Origin: the human T2T-CHM13v2.0 reference genome, Homo sapiens
Length of the DNA stretch: 64,000 bases
Assembly: GCA_009914755.4 (NCBI GenBank)
Contig: CP068257.2
Span: forward strand, 5,888,001 to 5,952,000
Direction: 5' to 3'
This document shows, piece after piece, positions 1-14,500 of this stretch. The notes under the pieces are model-generated. The model saw only the letters and a program-made list of their open reading frames with translations, searched no databases and was not told the origin of the DNA. The position numbers were made by a program, and so were the translations under genes. How positions within the stretch are numbered: position 1 is the first letter of the stretch; every line of letters begins with the position of its first letter.

Positions 1-2149
1 CTCCACTCAAACTCACTCCACTCCACTCCACTCCATTCGATTCTATAGCATTCCATTGCATTTCACTCCATTCCATTCCACTCTACTCCATTCATTTCCA
101 ATCCACTCCACTCCATTCCACTCCATTCAAATCCATTCCATTCAATTTCACCACATTCCATTCCCTTCCACTCCATTTCACTCCACTCCTGTATACTCCA
201 TTCTACACCACTCCACTCCATTCCCCTCCATTCCACTCTACTATTCACCACTCCATTCCATTCCACTCCCCACTTTACACTCCAATGCTCTCCATTCCAC
301 TCCATTAAATTCCACTCCACTCCACCTCACTCCACTCCACTCCATTCCACTCCTTTCCTTTCCACTCCACTCCACACCACTCCACTCCACTTCAATCCAC
401 TCCATTCCATTCCATTCCCCTCCATTGAATTCCTTACCATTGTATTCCACCGCATTCCATTCCACTCCTCTGTATGCCACTGCACTCCATTCCATTCCAT
501 TCCACTCTAATCCACTCCACTCCGTTCCACTCTGATCCACTCCGTTCCACTGGACTACATTTTATTCCAGTCCAATCCATTCCACTCAATTCCATTCAAC
601 TCCAATCCATGCCACTCCAATCCACTCCATTCCACTACAGTCCATTCCATTCCTCTAAAATCCTTTCCATTCCATTCCACTCCATTCCACTCCATTCCAC
701 TCCATTCCAGTCCACTCCAGTCCATTCCATTCCACTCCACTCCAATCCATTCCATTCCACTCCACTCAAATCCACTCCATTCCATTCCACTGTAATCCAT
801 TCCGTTCCACTCCATTCCACTCCACTCCACTCCATTCCACTTCACTCCTTTCAATTCCACTCTACTACATTCCATTCCATTCCACTCCCCTCCTCTCCTC
901 TCCAATTCAATCCATTCCACTCCATTTCTTTCCACTTAACTCCAGTCCACTCTATTCCACTCCTCTCTGTTCCATTCCATCCCACTCCTCTCCATTCCGC
1001 TCCATGACATTGCAATCCATTCTACACCATTCCATTCCATTGCACTCCACTCCACTGAACTCCACTACATTCCATTAAAATCCATTCTATTCCATTGCAT
1101 TCCACTCCATTTCATTCCATTCAATTCCAATCCACTCCACGCAATTAAACTCCATGCCATTCCATTCCACTCCACTCCACTCCATTCCATTCCATTCCAT
1201 TGCATTTCTCTCCATTACATTCCATTGCATTTCACTGCACTGCATTCCACTGGATTGTACTCCACTCCACTCAAATCCATTCCTCTCCAATCCACTCCAT
1301 TTCATTTCACTCCATTCCATTTCTCTGCATTCCTTTCCATTCCATTCCACTCCATTACATTCCATTCCATTCCTCTCCATTCCATTCCATTCCACTCCAC
1401 TCCTATCCATTCCACTCCAATCCACTCCCCTCCATTCCATTCCACTCCACGCCACTCTATTCCACTTCCGTCCATTCCATTCCACTCCACTCCATTCCAT
1501 TCCACCCCTCTCAAGTCCTCTCCTCTCTGTTCCATTACAAAGCATTCCTCTCCTCTCCTTTCTAGTCCACTCCATTTCACTGCACTCCACTCCATTCCAT
1601 TCCACTCCATTGCATTCCTCTCCACTCCTCTCCATTCCAATCCATGTCATGCCATTTCTCTCCACTCCATTCCATTCCACTCCACTCCACTTCACTGCAC
1701 TCACTTCCATTCCATTCCATTCCATTCCATTCCAGTCCATTCCATTGCATTCAATTCCACTCCAATGCACTCCAATCCAATCCATTTCATTTCACTCCAT
1801 TCCATTCCTCTGCAATCCTTTCCACTCCATTCTACCCCTCTCCATTCCATTCCTCTCCACTCGTCTCCATTCCATTCCACTTCATTCCATTCCGTTCCTG
1901 TCCAGTCCATTTTATTCCATTCCACTGTATTCCATTCCACTCCATTCCAGTCAATTACCCTCCATTGCATTCGACCCCATTCCATTCCAATCCACTCCAC
2001 TCCATTCCAATCTACTCCTCTCCAATCCATTCCACTCTCTCCATTCCCCTAAACTCTATTCCATTCCACTTCGTTTCATTCCATTCCATTCCATTCCATT
2101 CTATTCCACTCCACTTCATTCCATTCCACTGCCCTCCATTCCATTCCAC

Positions 2150-4100
2150 TCCATTCCTTTAATTTCCATTCCTTTCCATTCCATTCCACTCCACTCCATT
2201 CCATTCCGCTCTACTCCATTTCACTATATTCCATTGCATTCCACTCCACACCACTCCATTCCATTCCACTCGTCTCCATGTCATTCCATTCCATTCCATT
2301 TCATTCCATTCCATTCCACTCCATTCGATTCCATTCCACTCCAGTCCATTTATTCCACTCCACAGCACTGCATTCCACTCCATTCCACTCCATTCCACTA
2401 CATTCTCTTCTCCGCAATTCCATTCCATTCCATTCCAATCCACTCCACTCCATTCCACTCCAAAACCTTCTACTCCACACCACACCACTCTACTCCATTC
2501 CACTCCATTCCATTCCACTCCGCTGCATTCCATTCCACTCCCCTCTATTCCAAACACTCCATTCCACTCCAATCCACTTCCTTCCACTTCACTCAACTCA
2601 ATTTCACTCCACTCCATTCCATTCTACTCCACTGCATTCCACTCCTCTCCACTGCACTCCTTCCATTCCACTCCAATCCATTTCACTCCTCTCATTTCCA
2701 TTTTACTCTACTCCATTCCACTACCCTGCATTCCATTCCATTCCATTCCATTCCATTCCATTCCATTCCATTCCACTCCACTCCATTCCATTCCACTCCA
2801 CTCCATTCCATTCCAATCCACTCCATTCAACTCCATTTCACTCCATTAAATTCCACTCCACTCCATTCCAATCCACTCCATTCAACTCCATTTCACTCCA
2901 TTCAATTCCACTCCACTCCATTCCAATCTACTGTTTCCATTTCATTCTATGCAATTCCATTCCAATCCATTCCAATTCATTCCATTCCATTCAATTGCTT
3001 TCCACTCCAATCCATTCTACACCACTCCATTCCTTTCCAGTCCACTCCTTTCCACTCTACTCCATTCCACTCCACACTACTAAATTCCACTATACTCCAT
3101 TCAATTCCACTTCGTCTCATTCCGTTCCATTCCATTCCATTCCATTCCATTCCATTCTATTCCACTCCACTTCTTTCCATTCCACTGTCCTCCATTCCAT
3201 TCCACTCCATTCGTTTAATTTCCATTCCTTTCCATTCCATTCCATTCCATTCCACTCCACTCCATTCCATTCCGCTCTACTCCATTCCACTATATTCCAT
3301 TGCATTCCACTCCACACCACTCCATTCCACTCCACTCGTCTCCATGTCATTCCATTCCATTTTATTCCATTCCATTCCACTCCATTCCATTCCATTCCAC
3401 TCCAGTCCATTTATTCCACTCCACTGCACTGCATTCCACTCCATTCCACTACATTCTCTTCCCCTCAATTCCATTCCATTCCATTCCATTCCAATCCACT
3501 ACACTCCATTCCACTCCAAAACCTTCTACTCCACACCACACCACTCTACTCCATTCCACTCCATTTCATTCCACTACGCTGCATTCCATTCCACTCTGCT
3601 GCATTCCATTCCACTCCCTTCTGTTCCAAACCCTCCATTCCACTCCAATCCACTTCCTTCCACTTCACTCCACTCAATTTCACTCCACTCCATTCCATTC
3701 TACTCCACTCCATTCCACTCCTCTCCACTGCACTCCTTCCATTCCACTCCAATCCATTTCACTCCTCTCCTTTCCATTTTAATCTACTCCATTCCACTAC
3801 CTTCCATTCCATTCCATTCCACTCCACTCCATTCCATTCCAATCCACTCCATTCAACTCTATTTCACTCCATTCAATTCCACTCCACTCCATTCTAATCC
3901 ACTGTTTCCATTTTATTCTAATCCATTCCAATTCATTCCATTCCATTCAATTCCTTTCCACTCCAATCCATTCTACACCACTCCATTCCTTTCCAGCCCA
4001 CTCTTTTCCACTCTACTCCATTCCACTCCACACTACTACATTCCACTCCACTCAATTCCAGTCCACTCCACTCCATTCCATTCTACTTCATTCCACTCGA
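2150..4100 (+). repeat. Higher-order tandem duplication, about 1.06-kb period, two copies, nested inside the satellite
   Basis: Blocks at about 2,461-3,060 and about 3,521-4,100 align base-for-base with a roughly 20-40-bp indel (for example caaaaccttctactccacaccacaccactctactcc and ...cttccacttcactcaactcaatttcactcc recur). Overlapping + and - pseudo-ORFs repeat identical peptides (NGMTWRRVEWNGVVWSGMQWNIV on - strand; FQTLHSTPIHFLPLHSTQFHSTPFHSTPLHSTPLHCTPSIPLQSISLLSFPF on + strand). Confidence 0.7.
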
Positions 4101-4159
4101 ATCCACTCCAGTCCACTACACTCCTCTACATTCCGCTCCACTCCACTCCATTCTATTCC

Positions 4160-4360
4160 ATTCCACTCCATTCCATTCCACTCACACAATTTCATTTCAC
4201 TCCTTTAGACTCCACTCCATTGCATTCCAAAACACTCCACTCCATTCCATTCTATTCCATTCCACTCCATTCCATTCCACTCACACCATTTCATTTCACT
4301 CCTTTAGACTCCACTCCATTGCATTCCACAACACTCCACTCCATTCCACTATATTCCACT
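4160..4360 (+). repeat. Tandem duplication, about 100-bp unit, 2 copies
   Basis: cactcacac(a/c)atttcatttcactcctttagactccactccattgcattcca(a/c)aacactccactccattcc occurs at about 4,180 and again at about 4,279. The tttagactcc motif is otherwise absent from the array. Confidence 0.75.
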
Positions 4361-7300
4361 CCTTTCCATTCCATTATAGCCCACAAAATTCCTTTAAATT
4401 CCGCCCTATTCCATTCCACTCCACAACTTTCCACTCCATTCCCCTCCATTCCATTGCACTCCACGCTACTCCACTCTACTCCAATCCACTCCATTCGATT
4501 CCATTCTATTTCTTGCCAATCCATTCCATTCAACTCTCTCCATTCCACTCCACACCAATGTGTTCCACTCCACTGCATTGCATTCCAGTCCACTAAATTT
4601 CACTCCACTCCATTCCACTCCACTTCATTCCACTCCACTCAACTCCACTCCACTCTGCTCCGTTGCACTCCCCTCCATTTTATTCCTCTCCAATCCATTC
4701 CACTCTTCTCCACTCTGTTCCACTCCATTCCACTCTATTCCACTCAATTCCATTCAAATCCACTCCATTCCACTCCTCTCCACTCCATTCCATTCCACTC
4801 CACTCCTCTCCACTCCATTCTATTTCACACCACTGCTCCCCATTCCACTCCATTCCTTTCCGTTCCACTCCATTCCAGTCAACTCAACTCCAGTCAACTC
4901 CACTCAAATCCATTCAATTAAACTCCATTTCATTCCATTCCAGTTCACTCCATTTTATTCCACTCCACTGCATTCCTTTCCACTAAATTCCTCTTCATTC
5001 CATTCCCCTCCCTTCCTTTCAATTCCATTACACTGCAGTCCAGTCCACTCAATTCCACTGGACTCCATTCAACCCCATTTCATTCCTTTCCTTTCCATTC
5101 CACTCTATTCCACTTCACTCCACTCCATTCCATTCTACTCTACTCCATTCCACTAAATTCCTTTACATTCTACTCCACACCACTCCTTTCCAATCCACTC
5201 CATTGCATTTCGTTGCATTCCATTCCATTCCATTCCATTCCAGTCCATTTTTTTTCACTCCACTGCATTCCATTCCACTCCATTCCGCTGCATTCCACTC
5301 CATTCCACTACATTACATTCCCCTCCATTCCATTGCATTGCATTGCATTGCATTCCATTCCATTCCATTCCATTCCACTCCATTACACTCCTGTCCATTC
5401 TACTCCACTCCACACCACTCCACTCCATTCCACTCTATTCCATTCCACTCCGCTGCATTCCATTCCACTCTGCTCCATTCCACCCCACTCTATTCCACCC
5501 CACTCCATTCCACTCCAATCCACTCCTTTCCACTCCACTCCACTCTATTTCACTCCGCTCCATTCCATTCTACTGCACTCCATTCCACTCCACTCCACTC
5601 CTTTCCAACCCACTCCACTCCATTTCACTACACTCCATTCCATTCTACTCAACTCCATTCCACTACACTCCATTCTATTGCATTCCATTCCATTCGATTC
5701 CACCCCACTCATTCCATTCCACTCCATTCCACTCCATTCCATGCTACTCCATTCCATTCCACTCCATTCCATTCCACTCCATTCCATTACATTATACTCT
5801 TTCAAATCCATTCCACTCCATTCCTTTCCACTCCACTCTTGTCCACTCCACTCCACTGCATTCCACTCAATTCTATTCTATTCCACTCCACTCCATTAAA
5901 TTCCACTCCACTCCGTTCCATTCTATTCCATTCCACTCCATTCCATTCCATTCCATTCCATTCCACTCCACTCCATCACTTTCCATTCAACTCCAGTCCA
6001 TTCCATTCCAGTCAATTCCATTCCATTCTGTTCCACTCCACTGCACTCCTCTCCACTGCATTCCATTCCACTCCATTCCATTCCCTTCCACTCTATTCTC
6101 TTCTATTCTACTCCATTCTTTTCAACTCCACTCCACACCATTCCATTCTATCCCACTTCACTCCATTCCATTCCATTCGACTCCAATGCATTTCAATCCA
6201 CTAGTTTCCGTTCCCCTCCACTCCATTACCCTCCATTTCATTCAATTCCATTCCACTCCACTCCACTCCATTTCACACCACTCTTTATTCCCCTTCATTA
6301 AATTCCATTCCACTCATCTCCACTCCATTCCATTTCCCTACGTTCCATTCCATTTCACTCCACTCCATTGCATTCCATTCCACTCCATTCCATTCCATTC
6401 CATTCCTTTTAACTACATTCCAGTCCTTTCAAATCCATTCCACTCCATTCCATTCCACAACACTCCAGTCCACTCCACTCCATTCAATTCCAATCCGTTC
6501 CATTCCCTTCCACTCCCCTCCACTCCATTCCACTCAATTCCATTCTATTCCACTCCATTCCATTCAATTCCACTGCACTCCAATCCACTCCGTTCCATTC
6601 CAATCCATTCCATTCCATTCAATTCCATTACATTCCACTCCATCACATTCCATTCAACTCCACTAGTGTGCATTACACTCCACTCCACTCCATTTCACTC
6701 CACTAGATTCCATTCCAATCCACTCCACTCCTCTCCACTCCATTTCACTCCATTGAATTACACTCCATTCCATTCACTTCCATTCCACTCCACTCCGCTC
6801 CACTCCATTTTATTCAGTTCCATTCCATTGCATTGCATTACATTCCATTCCATTTGAATCTTCTCCATTTCTTTCCATTCCTTTACACTGCATTCCAAGC
6901 CATTCCACTCCATTCCACTCCACTCCACTCCAATCACCTCTTTTCCATTCCTCTCCATTCCATTCCACTCCACTCCAATCCCCTCCATTACATTCCAGTC
7001 CATTCCACTCCACTCCAATCTATTCCATTGCACTCCATTTCATTCCATTCCACTCCACTTCCCTGCATTCCACTCCACTCTATTCCACTACACTCCATTT
7101 ACCTCCAATCCATTCTGTTCCATTCCATTCCATTCCACTCCATTCCATTCCATTCCACTCCATTCCAATCCCTTCCATGCCACTCCATTCCCATTCCTTT
7201 CCATCGCACTCCACTCCACTCCAACCCACTCCACTCCTATCCTTTCCATTCCTTACCTTTCCATTCCATTCCATTCAATTCCACTCCACTCCACTCCGTT

Positions 7301-9240
7301 TCATTCCACATCATTCCATTTCATTCCACTGCAATTCATTTCATTCCATTCCATTCCTTTCCACTCTACTCCCTTCCTTTCCATACCATTCCTATCCACT
7401 CCACTCCTTTCCACTCCAATCCACTTCATTCCATTCCAATTCACTCCATTCCACCCTACTCCATTCCATTCCAATTCACTCCATTCCACCCTACTCCATT
7501 CCACTACTCTCCACTCCATTTCAACCGACTCCATTCCACTCCACTCCTCTCCATTCCAATCCACTCCGTTTCATTACACTCTACTCCATTCCATTGTACT
7601 CCACTCAATTCTGTTCCACTCCATTCCACTCCATTCCATTCAACTCCATTCCATTCCATTCCATTACTCTCCACTAGACTCCATTCCATTCCTTTACAAT
7701 CCAGTCCACTACACTCCATTCCTTTCCAATCCATTCCACACCATTCCATTCCGTTTCACTCCACTCCATTCAATTCCCCTCCACTCCTTTCCGTTTAAAT
7801 CCATTGCATTCCATTCATGTCCACTCCATTCCGTTCCATTTCACTCCATTACATTACATTCCACTCCACTCCACTCCACTCCATTCCATTCCATTTCATG
7901 CCATTCCAAATCAATCCACTCCACTCCACCCCAATCCATTCCACTCTATTCCATTTTACTCCACTCCATTCCATTCCACTCAACCCTATTCCACTACTGT
8001 CGATTCCACTCCACTCCATTGCACTCCACTCCATTCCATTCTCTTCCTTTCCACTCCATTCCATTCCACTCCACTCCACTCCATTCAACTCCACTACATT
8101 CCATTCCGTTACACTCCACTCCATTCCACTACATTCCACTCCATTCCATAGCACTCCACTGCATTCAACTCCATTCCACTCCATTCCATTCTACTCCACT
8201 CCACTACACAACATTCTATCCCGTTCCATTGCATTCCATTCCACTCCACTCCACTCCATTCGCTTCCAGTCCACTCCACTGAATTTCACTAAACTCAACT
8301 GCATTCGAGTCCACTCCATTATGCTCCATTCCACTCTACTCCATTCCACTCCACTCCACTCTTTTCCACTCCCCTCCATTCCATTCCACTACATTGCAAT
8401 CCTTTCTACCCCACTGTATTTCACTCCACTCCATTCCATTCCTTTACAATCCATTCCATACCATTCTATTCCACTTCATTCCATTCCACTACACTCCATT
8501 CCAATCTACTCAACTACATTCCGTTCAATTCCACTCCATTCCATTCCACTCCATTCCATTCGAATCCATTCCATTCAAATCCATTCCACTCGTATCCACT
8601 CCATTCCATTCCATTCCACTGCACTCAACTCCATTCCATTTCTTTCAAATTCATTTAACTCCATTCCATTCCATTCTACTCCATTCCCTTCCATTCAACT
8701 CCACTCCCTTCTGATCCAATCCATTCCATTCCAAGACATTCCACACTAATCCACTCCACTCACTCCATTCATTTCGACTCCATTCCATTGCACTGCATTC
8801 CATTCCATTCCACTCAACTCTATTCCACTCCACTCCATTGCACTCCACTCCATTGCGCTCCACTCCATTCTTTTCCATTCCTTTCCACTCCATTCCATTC
8901 CACTACACTCCACTCAATTCCATTCCAGTACACTCCATTCCACTCCATTCCATTCCAGACCACTCCTCTCTAATCCATTCCGTCCTATTCCATTCCATTC
9001 CACTCTACTCCTCTACATTGCATTACACTTGATTCCTTTCCACTTCACTCCACTCCTTTCCATTCCACTCCACTCCATTCGAATCCATTCCACTCCACTC
9101 CACTCCATTATATTTCATTCCCGTCCACTCCATTCCATTACCCTTCACTCTACTCTTTTTCACTCCACTCTGCTCCATTCCTGCCCATTCCATTCCATTC
9201 AATTCCACTCCACTCCACTCCATTCCACTCCAATCCATTC

Positions 9241-9615
9241 CGCTCCATTTCATTCCATTCCATTCCATTCCAATCCATTCCATTGCAATCCACTCAATTC
9301 CATTCCATTCCAGTCTATTCCACTCCACTCTATTCCATTCCACTCCACTCTATTCCACTCCACTCCACTCCAATCAACTCCACTACATTCCCTTCCATTC
9401 CACTCCATTCCATTCCACTCCAATCCATTCCGCTCCATTTCATTCCATTCCATTCCATTCCAATCCATTCCATTGCAATCCACTCCATTCCATTCTATTC
9501 CAGTCTATTCCACTCCACTCTATTCCATTCCACTCCACTCTATTCCACTCCACTCCACTCCAATCAACTCCACTACATTCCCTTCCATTCCACTCCATTC
9601 CATTCCATCCAATTC
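9241..9615 (+). repeat. Tandem duplication, about 190-bp unit, 2 copies
   Basis: cgctccatttcattccattccattccattccaatccattccattgcaatccact...caatcaactccactacattcccttccattcc starts at 9,241 and again at 9,431. The pseudo-ORF peptide IPVYSTPLYSIPLHSIPLHSTPINSTTFPSIPLHSIP is repeated. Confidence 0.75.
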
Positions 9616-11349
9616 CATTCTATTCCACTGCATTTCAATACACTCCACTCCAATCCACTCCACTCCATTCCATTCCATTCCACTCTGTTCCATTCTATTC
9701 CATTCCACTCCACTCCATTCCATTCCATTCCACTCAACTCCACTCTACTAAAATCCACTGCATTCCATTCCACTTCACTCTACTCCACTCCACTCCATTT
9801 CATTCCATTCCACTCTACTCCACTCCACTCCACTCCAATTCATTCCAGTTCACCCAATTCCATTCCACTCTACATTCCCTTCCACTCCACTACATTCCAC
9901 TCCACTCTATTGCATTCCATTCCACTCTATTCCATTCCATTCCGGTGCACTTCTTCACTCCATTCCACTGCATTCCCGTCCTTTCCACTCCATTCCATTC
10001 TATTGCACTACACTCTATTCCATTCCATTCAACTCCATTCCATTCCATTCCATTCCTTCCATTCCATTCCTTTCCACTGTTGTCCACTCCACTCCACTCC
10101 AATCCACTCCATTCCTTTCCTTTTCATTAGATTCCACTCCAATCCACTCCATTGTATTCCTCTCCACTCCATTTTATTCCACTCCAATGCATTTCATGTC
10201 ATTCCATTCCATTCCACTCTACTGCATTCCTTTCCACTCCATTCCAATACCGTCCACTCCATTCCACTCCATTCCACTTCATTCCATTCCACTACCATCC
10301 GTTCCACCCCACTCCATTCTACTCCTCTCCACTCCGTTCCACTCCAGTACGCTCCATTTCACTCCAATCCATTCCATTCCAATCCACTCCATTCCATTCC
10401 ACTCCATTCCAATCCATTCCTTTCCATTCCATTCCTTTCCATTCAGCACAATTCCATTAAATTCTTTCCTCTCCACCCCACTCCATTCCATTCTGTTCCA
10501 TTCCACTCCAATACCCTCCAATCCTTTCCAATCCATTCCATTCCATTTCACTTCAATCCATTCCATTCCACTCCACTCCTTTCTATTCCAATCCATTGCA
10601 TTCAAATCCATTCCACTGCATTCCGTTCCATTCCACTCCATTACATTCCATTTCACTCCACTCCACTCCAATCCATTCCATTCCATTCCATTCCATGCCA
10701 TTCCACACCAACACACTCCACTCCACACCATTAAATTTCACTCCCTTCCATTCCACTAAAATCCATTCCATTCCACTCAACTCCATTCCACTGCACTCCA
10801 TTCCTTTCCAGTCCATTGCACTCCACTCCATTCCATTCCATTCCACTCCAATCGATTCCATTCCTCTCCCCTCCACTCCATTCCATTGCACTCCACTCCA
10901 TTTCACTCCATTCCACTCAATTCCATTCCAATCAAATCCACTCCACTCCATTCCATCCCATTCAATTCCATTCCACTCCACTCCACTCCATTCCATTCCA
11001 CTTCACTCCACTCCATCCCACTCCACTCCACTCCATCCAGTCCATTCCATTCCAATTCACTCCACCGCATTCTATTCCGTTCCCTTCAATTTCATTCCAT
11101 TCCATTCCACTCCATTCCGTTCCATTCCACTCAATTCCATTCGACTCTGTTCCACTCCATTCTATTCATTTCCACTCCACTCCATTCCATTCCACTCCAC
11201 TCCATTCCATTCCACTCCATTCCAGTCCATTCCATTCAACTCCATTCCACTCCATTCCAGTCCATTCCATTTAACTCACTCCATTCCACTCCATTCCATT
11301 CAACTCCATTCCATCCATTCCATTCAACTCCTCTCCACTCCTTTCCATT

Positions 11350-11515
11350 CCATTCCACTCCGCTGCACTACAACCCATTCCTGTCCTATCCATTTCACTA
11401 CATTCCATTCCATTCTAATACACTCCGTTCCATTCCACTCCGCTCCACTACAACCCATTCCTGTCCTATCCATTTCACTACATTCCATTCCATTCTAATA
11501 CACTCCGTTCCTTTC
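11350..11515 (+). repeat. 80-bp tandem duplication
   Basis: cactacaacccattcctgtcctatccatttcactacattccattccattctaatacactccgttcc x2 (ctacaaccc at 11,368 and 11,448). Confidence 0.75.
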
Positions 11516-14500
11516 CACTCCACTCCTTTATATTCCATTCTATTCCATTCCATGCCATTCCACACCAATCCACTCCACTCCACTCCATTCCACTCCACTC
11601 CCTTCCATTCCACTACCCTCCATTCCATTCCACTCAATTCTATTCCATTCCACTCCATTCCACTCCACTATATTGCACTCCACTCAATTTGATTCCATTT
11701 CTTTCCACTCCAATCCATTCCACTACACTCCATTCTTTTCCATTCCACTCCACACATTCCACTCCATTCCACTACATTCCTTTTTACTCCACTCCACTCC
11801 ATTCCACTCCATTCCATCCCACTCCATTAAATTCCATTCCACTCCACTCCACTCAACTCCATTCCATTCCGTTCCATCACATTCCAACCAATTCCCTTCC
11901 AAACCACACTGCTCCTTTCAATTCCACTCCACTCCATTCCACTCCACTCCACTCCTTTCAACTACACTCGTTTGCAATCCACTCCATTCCACTCCATTCC
12001 ACTCCAGTGCATTCCACTCCACTCTATTGCATTCCCTTCCACTCCAGTCCATTCCATTCCTTTCCATTCCTCATCACTCCATTCCACTCCACTCCATTCC
12101 ACTCCACTCCAATCCACTCCACTCTACTCCACTCCATTCCATTCCATTACACTCAACTCCATTGCTTTCCTTTCAATTCCATTCCACGCCATTCCGCCCC
12201 ACACCACTCCACTCCATTGAATTCCAATCCGTTCCACTCCATTCCATTCCACTCCACTCCACTCTTCTTCACTCTACTCCATTCCTGCCCATGCCATTCC
12301 ATTCCATTGCATTCCACTCGACTGTACTCCATTCCATTCCAATCCATTCCGCTCAACTGCATTCCATTCCATTTCACTCCATTCCATTCAACTCCCCTCC
12401 ATTCCATTCCATTCCACTCCACTGTATTCCACTCCACTCCATTCCATTCCACTCCATTCCTTTCCACTCCACTCCACTTTACTCAACTCCATTCCACTCC
12501 ATTCCATTCCACTCCACTCCATTATATTCCACTCCATTCCACTCCTCTCCATTCTATTCCACTCCATTCCAATACACTCCACTCCATTCCACTCCATTCT
12601 ATTCCATTCACCTCCAGTTCTTTCCATTCCATTCCACTCCATTCAATTCCATTCCACTCCATTCAATTCCATTCCACTCCACTCCTTCCTATTCCACTCC
12701 ATTCCAGTACTCTCCACTCCATTCTACTCTCCTCCATTCCATTCCACTCCATTCCATACCAGTCCACTCCACTCCTCTCTACTCCATTCCACTCCATTCC
12801 ATTCTACTCCATTGCATACCACTCCACTCCACTCATCTCTACTCCATTCCGTTCCATTCCATTCCTTTCCTCTCCTTTCCATTTCACTTCACTCCGTTAT
12901 ATTCCAATCCATTCCAATTCACTCTACTCCATTTATCTCCATTCCTTCCCATTCCAGTTCACTCCATTCCGTTCGATTCCACTCCGTTCTGTTCCATTCC
13001 ATTCCACTACACTCCATTCCTTTCTATTGCATTTCTCTACACTCCACTCCACTCTACGAAAATCCACTCCATTCCATTCCACTTCACTCTACTCCCCTCC
13101 ATTCCATTGCATTCTGTTCCACTCCACTCCACTATACTCCATTCCATTCCACTCCACTCCATTCCACTCCACTCCATTCCACTCCACTCCATTCCATTCC
13201 ATTCCAAGCCACTCCATTCCATTCCACTCCACACCATTCCATTCCACTCTATTCCATTCCACTGCACTCCAATCCATTCCATTGCATTCCACTATACTCC
13301 ACTTCACTCCATTCCTTTCCATTCCATTCCACTACTCTCCATTCCACTCCATTCCACTCCACTCCATTCCATTCCACTCCACTCCACTCCATTCCATTCC
13401 AATCCATTCCATTCCACTCCACCCCAATCCATTCCACACCATTCCATTCCTTCCATTTCTTTATTTTCCATTCCTCTCTACTCCACTCAAATCCATTCCA
13501 TTCGTTTCTTTCCATTCTATTCCATTCCTTTCCACTCTTCTACACTCCACTGCATTGCACTCCATTCCATTGCATTCCACTCCAATGCATTTGATTCCAT
13601 TCGATTCCATCCACTCTGCTCCATTCCTTTCCACTCCATTCCATTTCACTCCACTCGATTCCACTCCACTCCACTTCATTCCATTCCACTCCACTCCATT
13701 CCACCACACTCCCTTCCACTAATGTCCTATCCATTCCACTCCACTCCACGCCGTTCCATTCCACTTCATTCCATTCCACTCCACTCCACGCCATTACACT
13801 CCACTTCATTCCATTCCACTCCACTCCATTCCATCCTGCTCCACTGCATTCTATTCCCCTCCATTCCATTCCATTCCATTCAACTCCATTCCATTCCATT
13901 CCATTCTAATCCAATCCATTCCATTCCACTCCGCAACTCTCAATTCCTTTCCAATCCATTCCCTTCCATTCCATTCCCTTTCACTCCAATTCATTCCATT
14001 CCACTCCATTCTATACGTTCCAGTCCATTGTATCCCATTCCATTCCACTGCATTCCGTTGCATTTCACTTCATTCCATTCCATTCCACTCCACTCCACTC
14101 CATTCCATTCCACTCCACTCCACTCCACTACTTTCCATTCCATTCCTAGCCATTCCACACCAATCCACTCCACTCTACTCCATGTCATTCTGCTCCATTC
14201 CATTCCACTCCTCTCCATTCCATTCCACCCAACTCTGTTCCAGTCCTCTCCATTTCACTCTACTGCGTTCCATTCCATTCCTTTCCAATCCATTACAATC
14301 CATTCCCCTCCACTCCATTCCATTTCACTCCACTATATTTCACTCCATTCCCCTCATTCCATTCCACTCCACTCCACTCCATTCCTCCCCGTTCCATTCC
14401 TTTCCATTGCATTCCACTCCACTGCATTCCATTCCACTCCTCTCCACTCAGTTCCATTCGAGTCCACACCAATCCCTTCCATTCCACTCCACTCCATTCG

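Noticed and set aside
1154-4921. 1,255-aa ORF, together with the other long + strand ORFs (46103..49069, 54092..57100, 16118..18661, 11673..14510, 23274..26042, 27963..30527, 29507..32128)
   Set aside because: These are translations of a stop-free pentanucleotide repeat. The sequence is extreme low-complexity (HSIPFHS...), with no start-context, domain or frame preference, and equally long ORFs occur in other frames and on the opposite strand over the same DNA.
5251-5262. T8 homopolymer (ccagtccattttttttcactcc) as possible poly-A/TSD of a retroelement
   Set aside because: It is too short, has no adjacent non-satellite sequence and no target-site duplication. It is simple slippage within a diverged unit.
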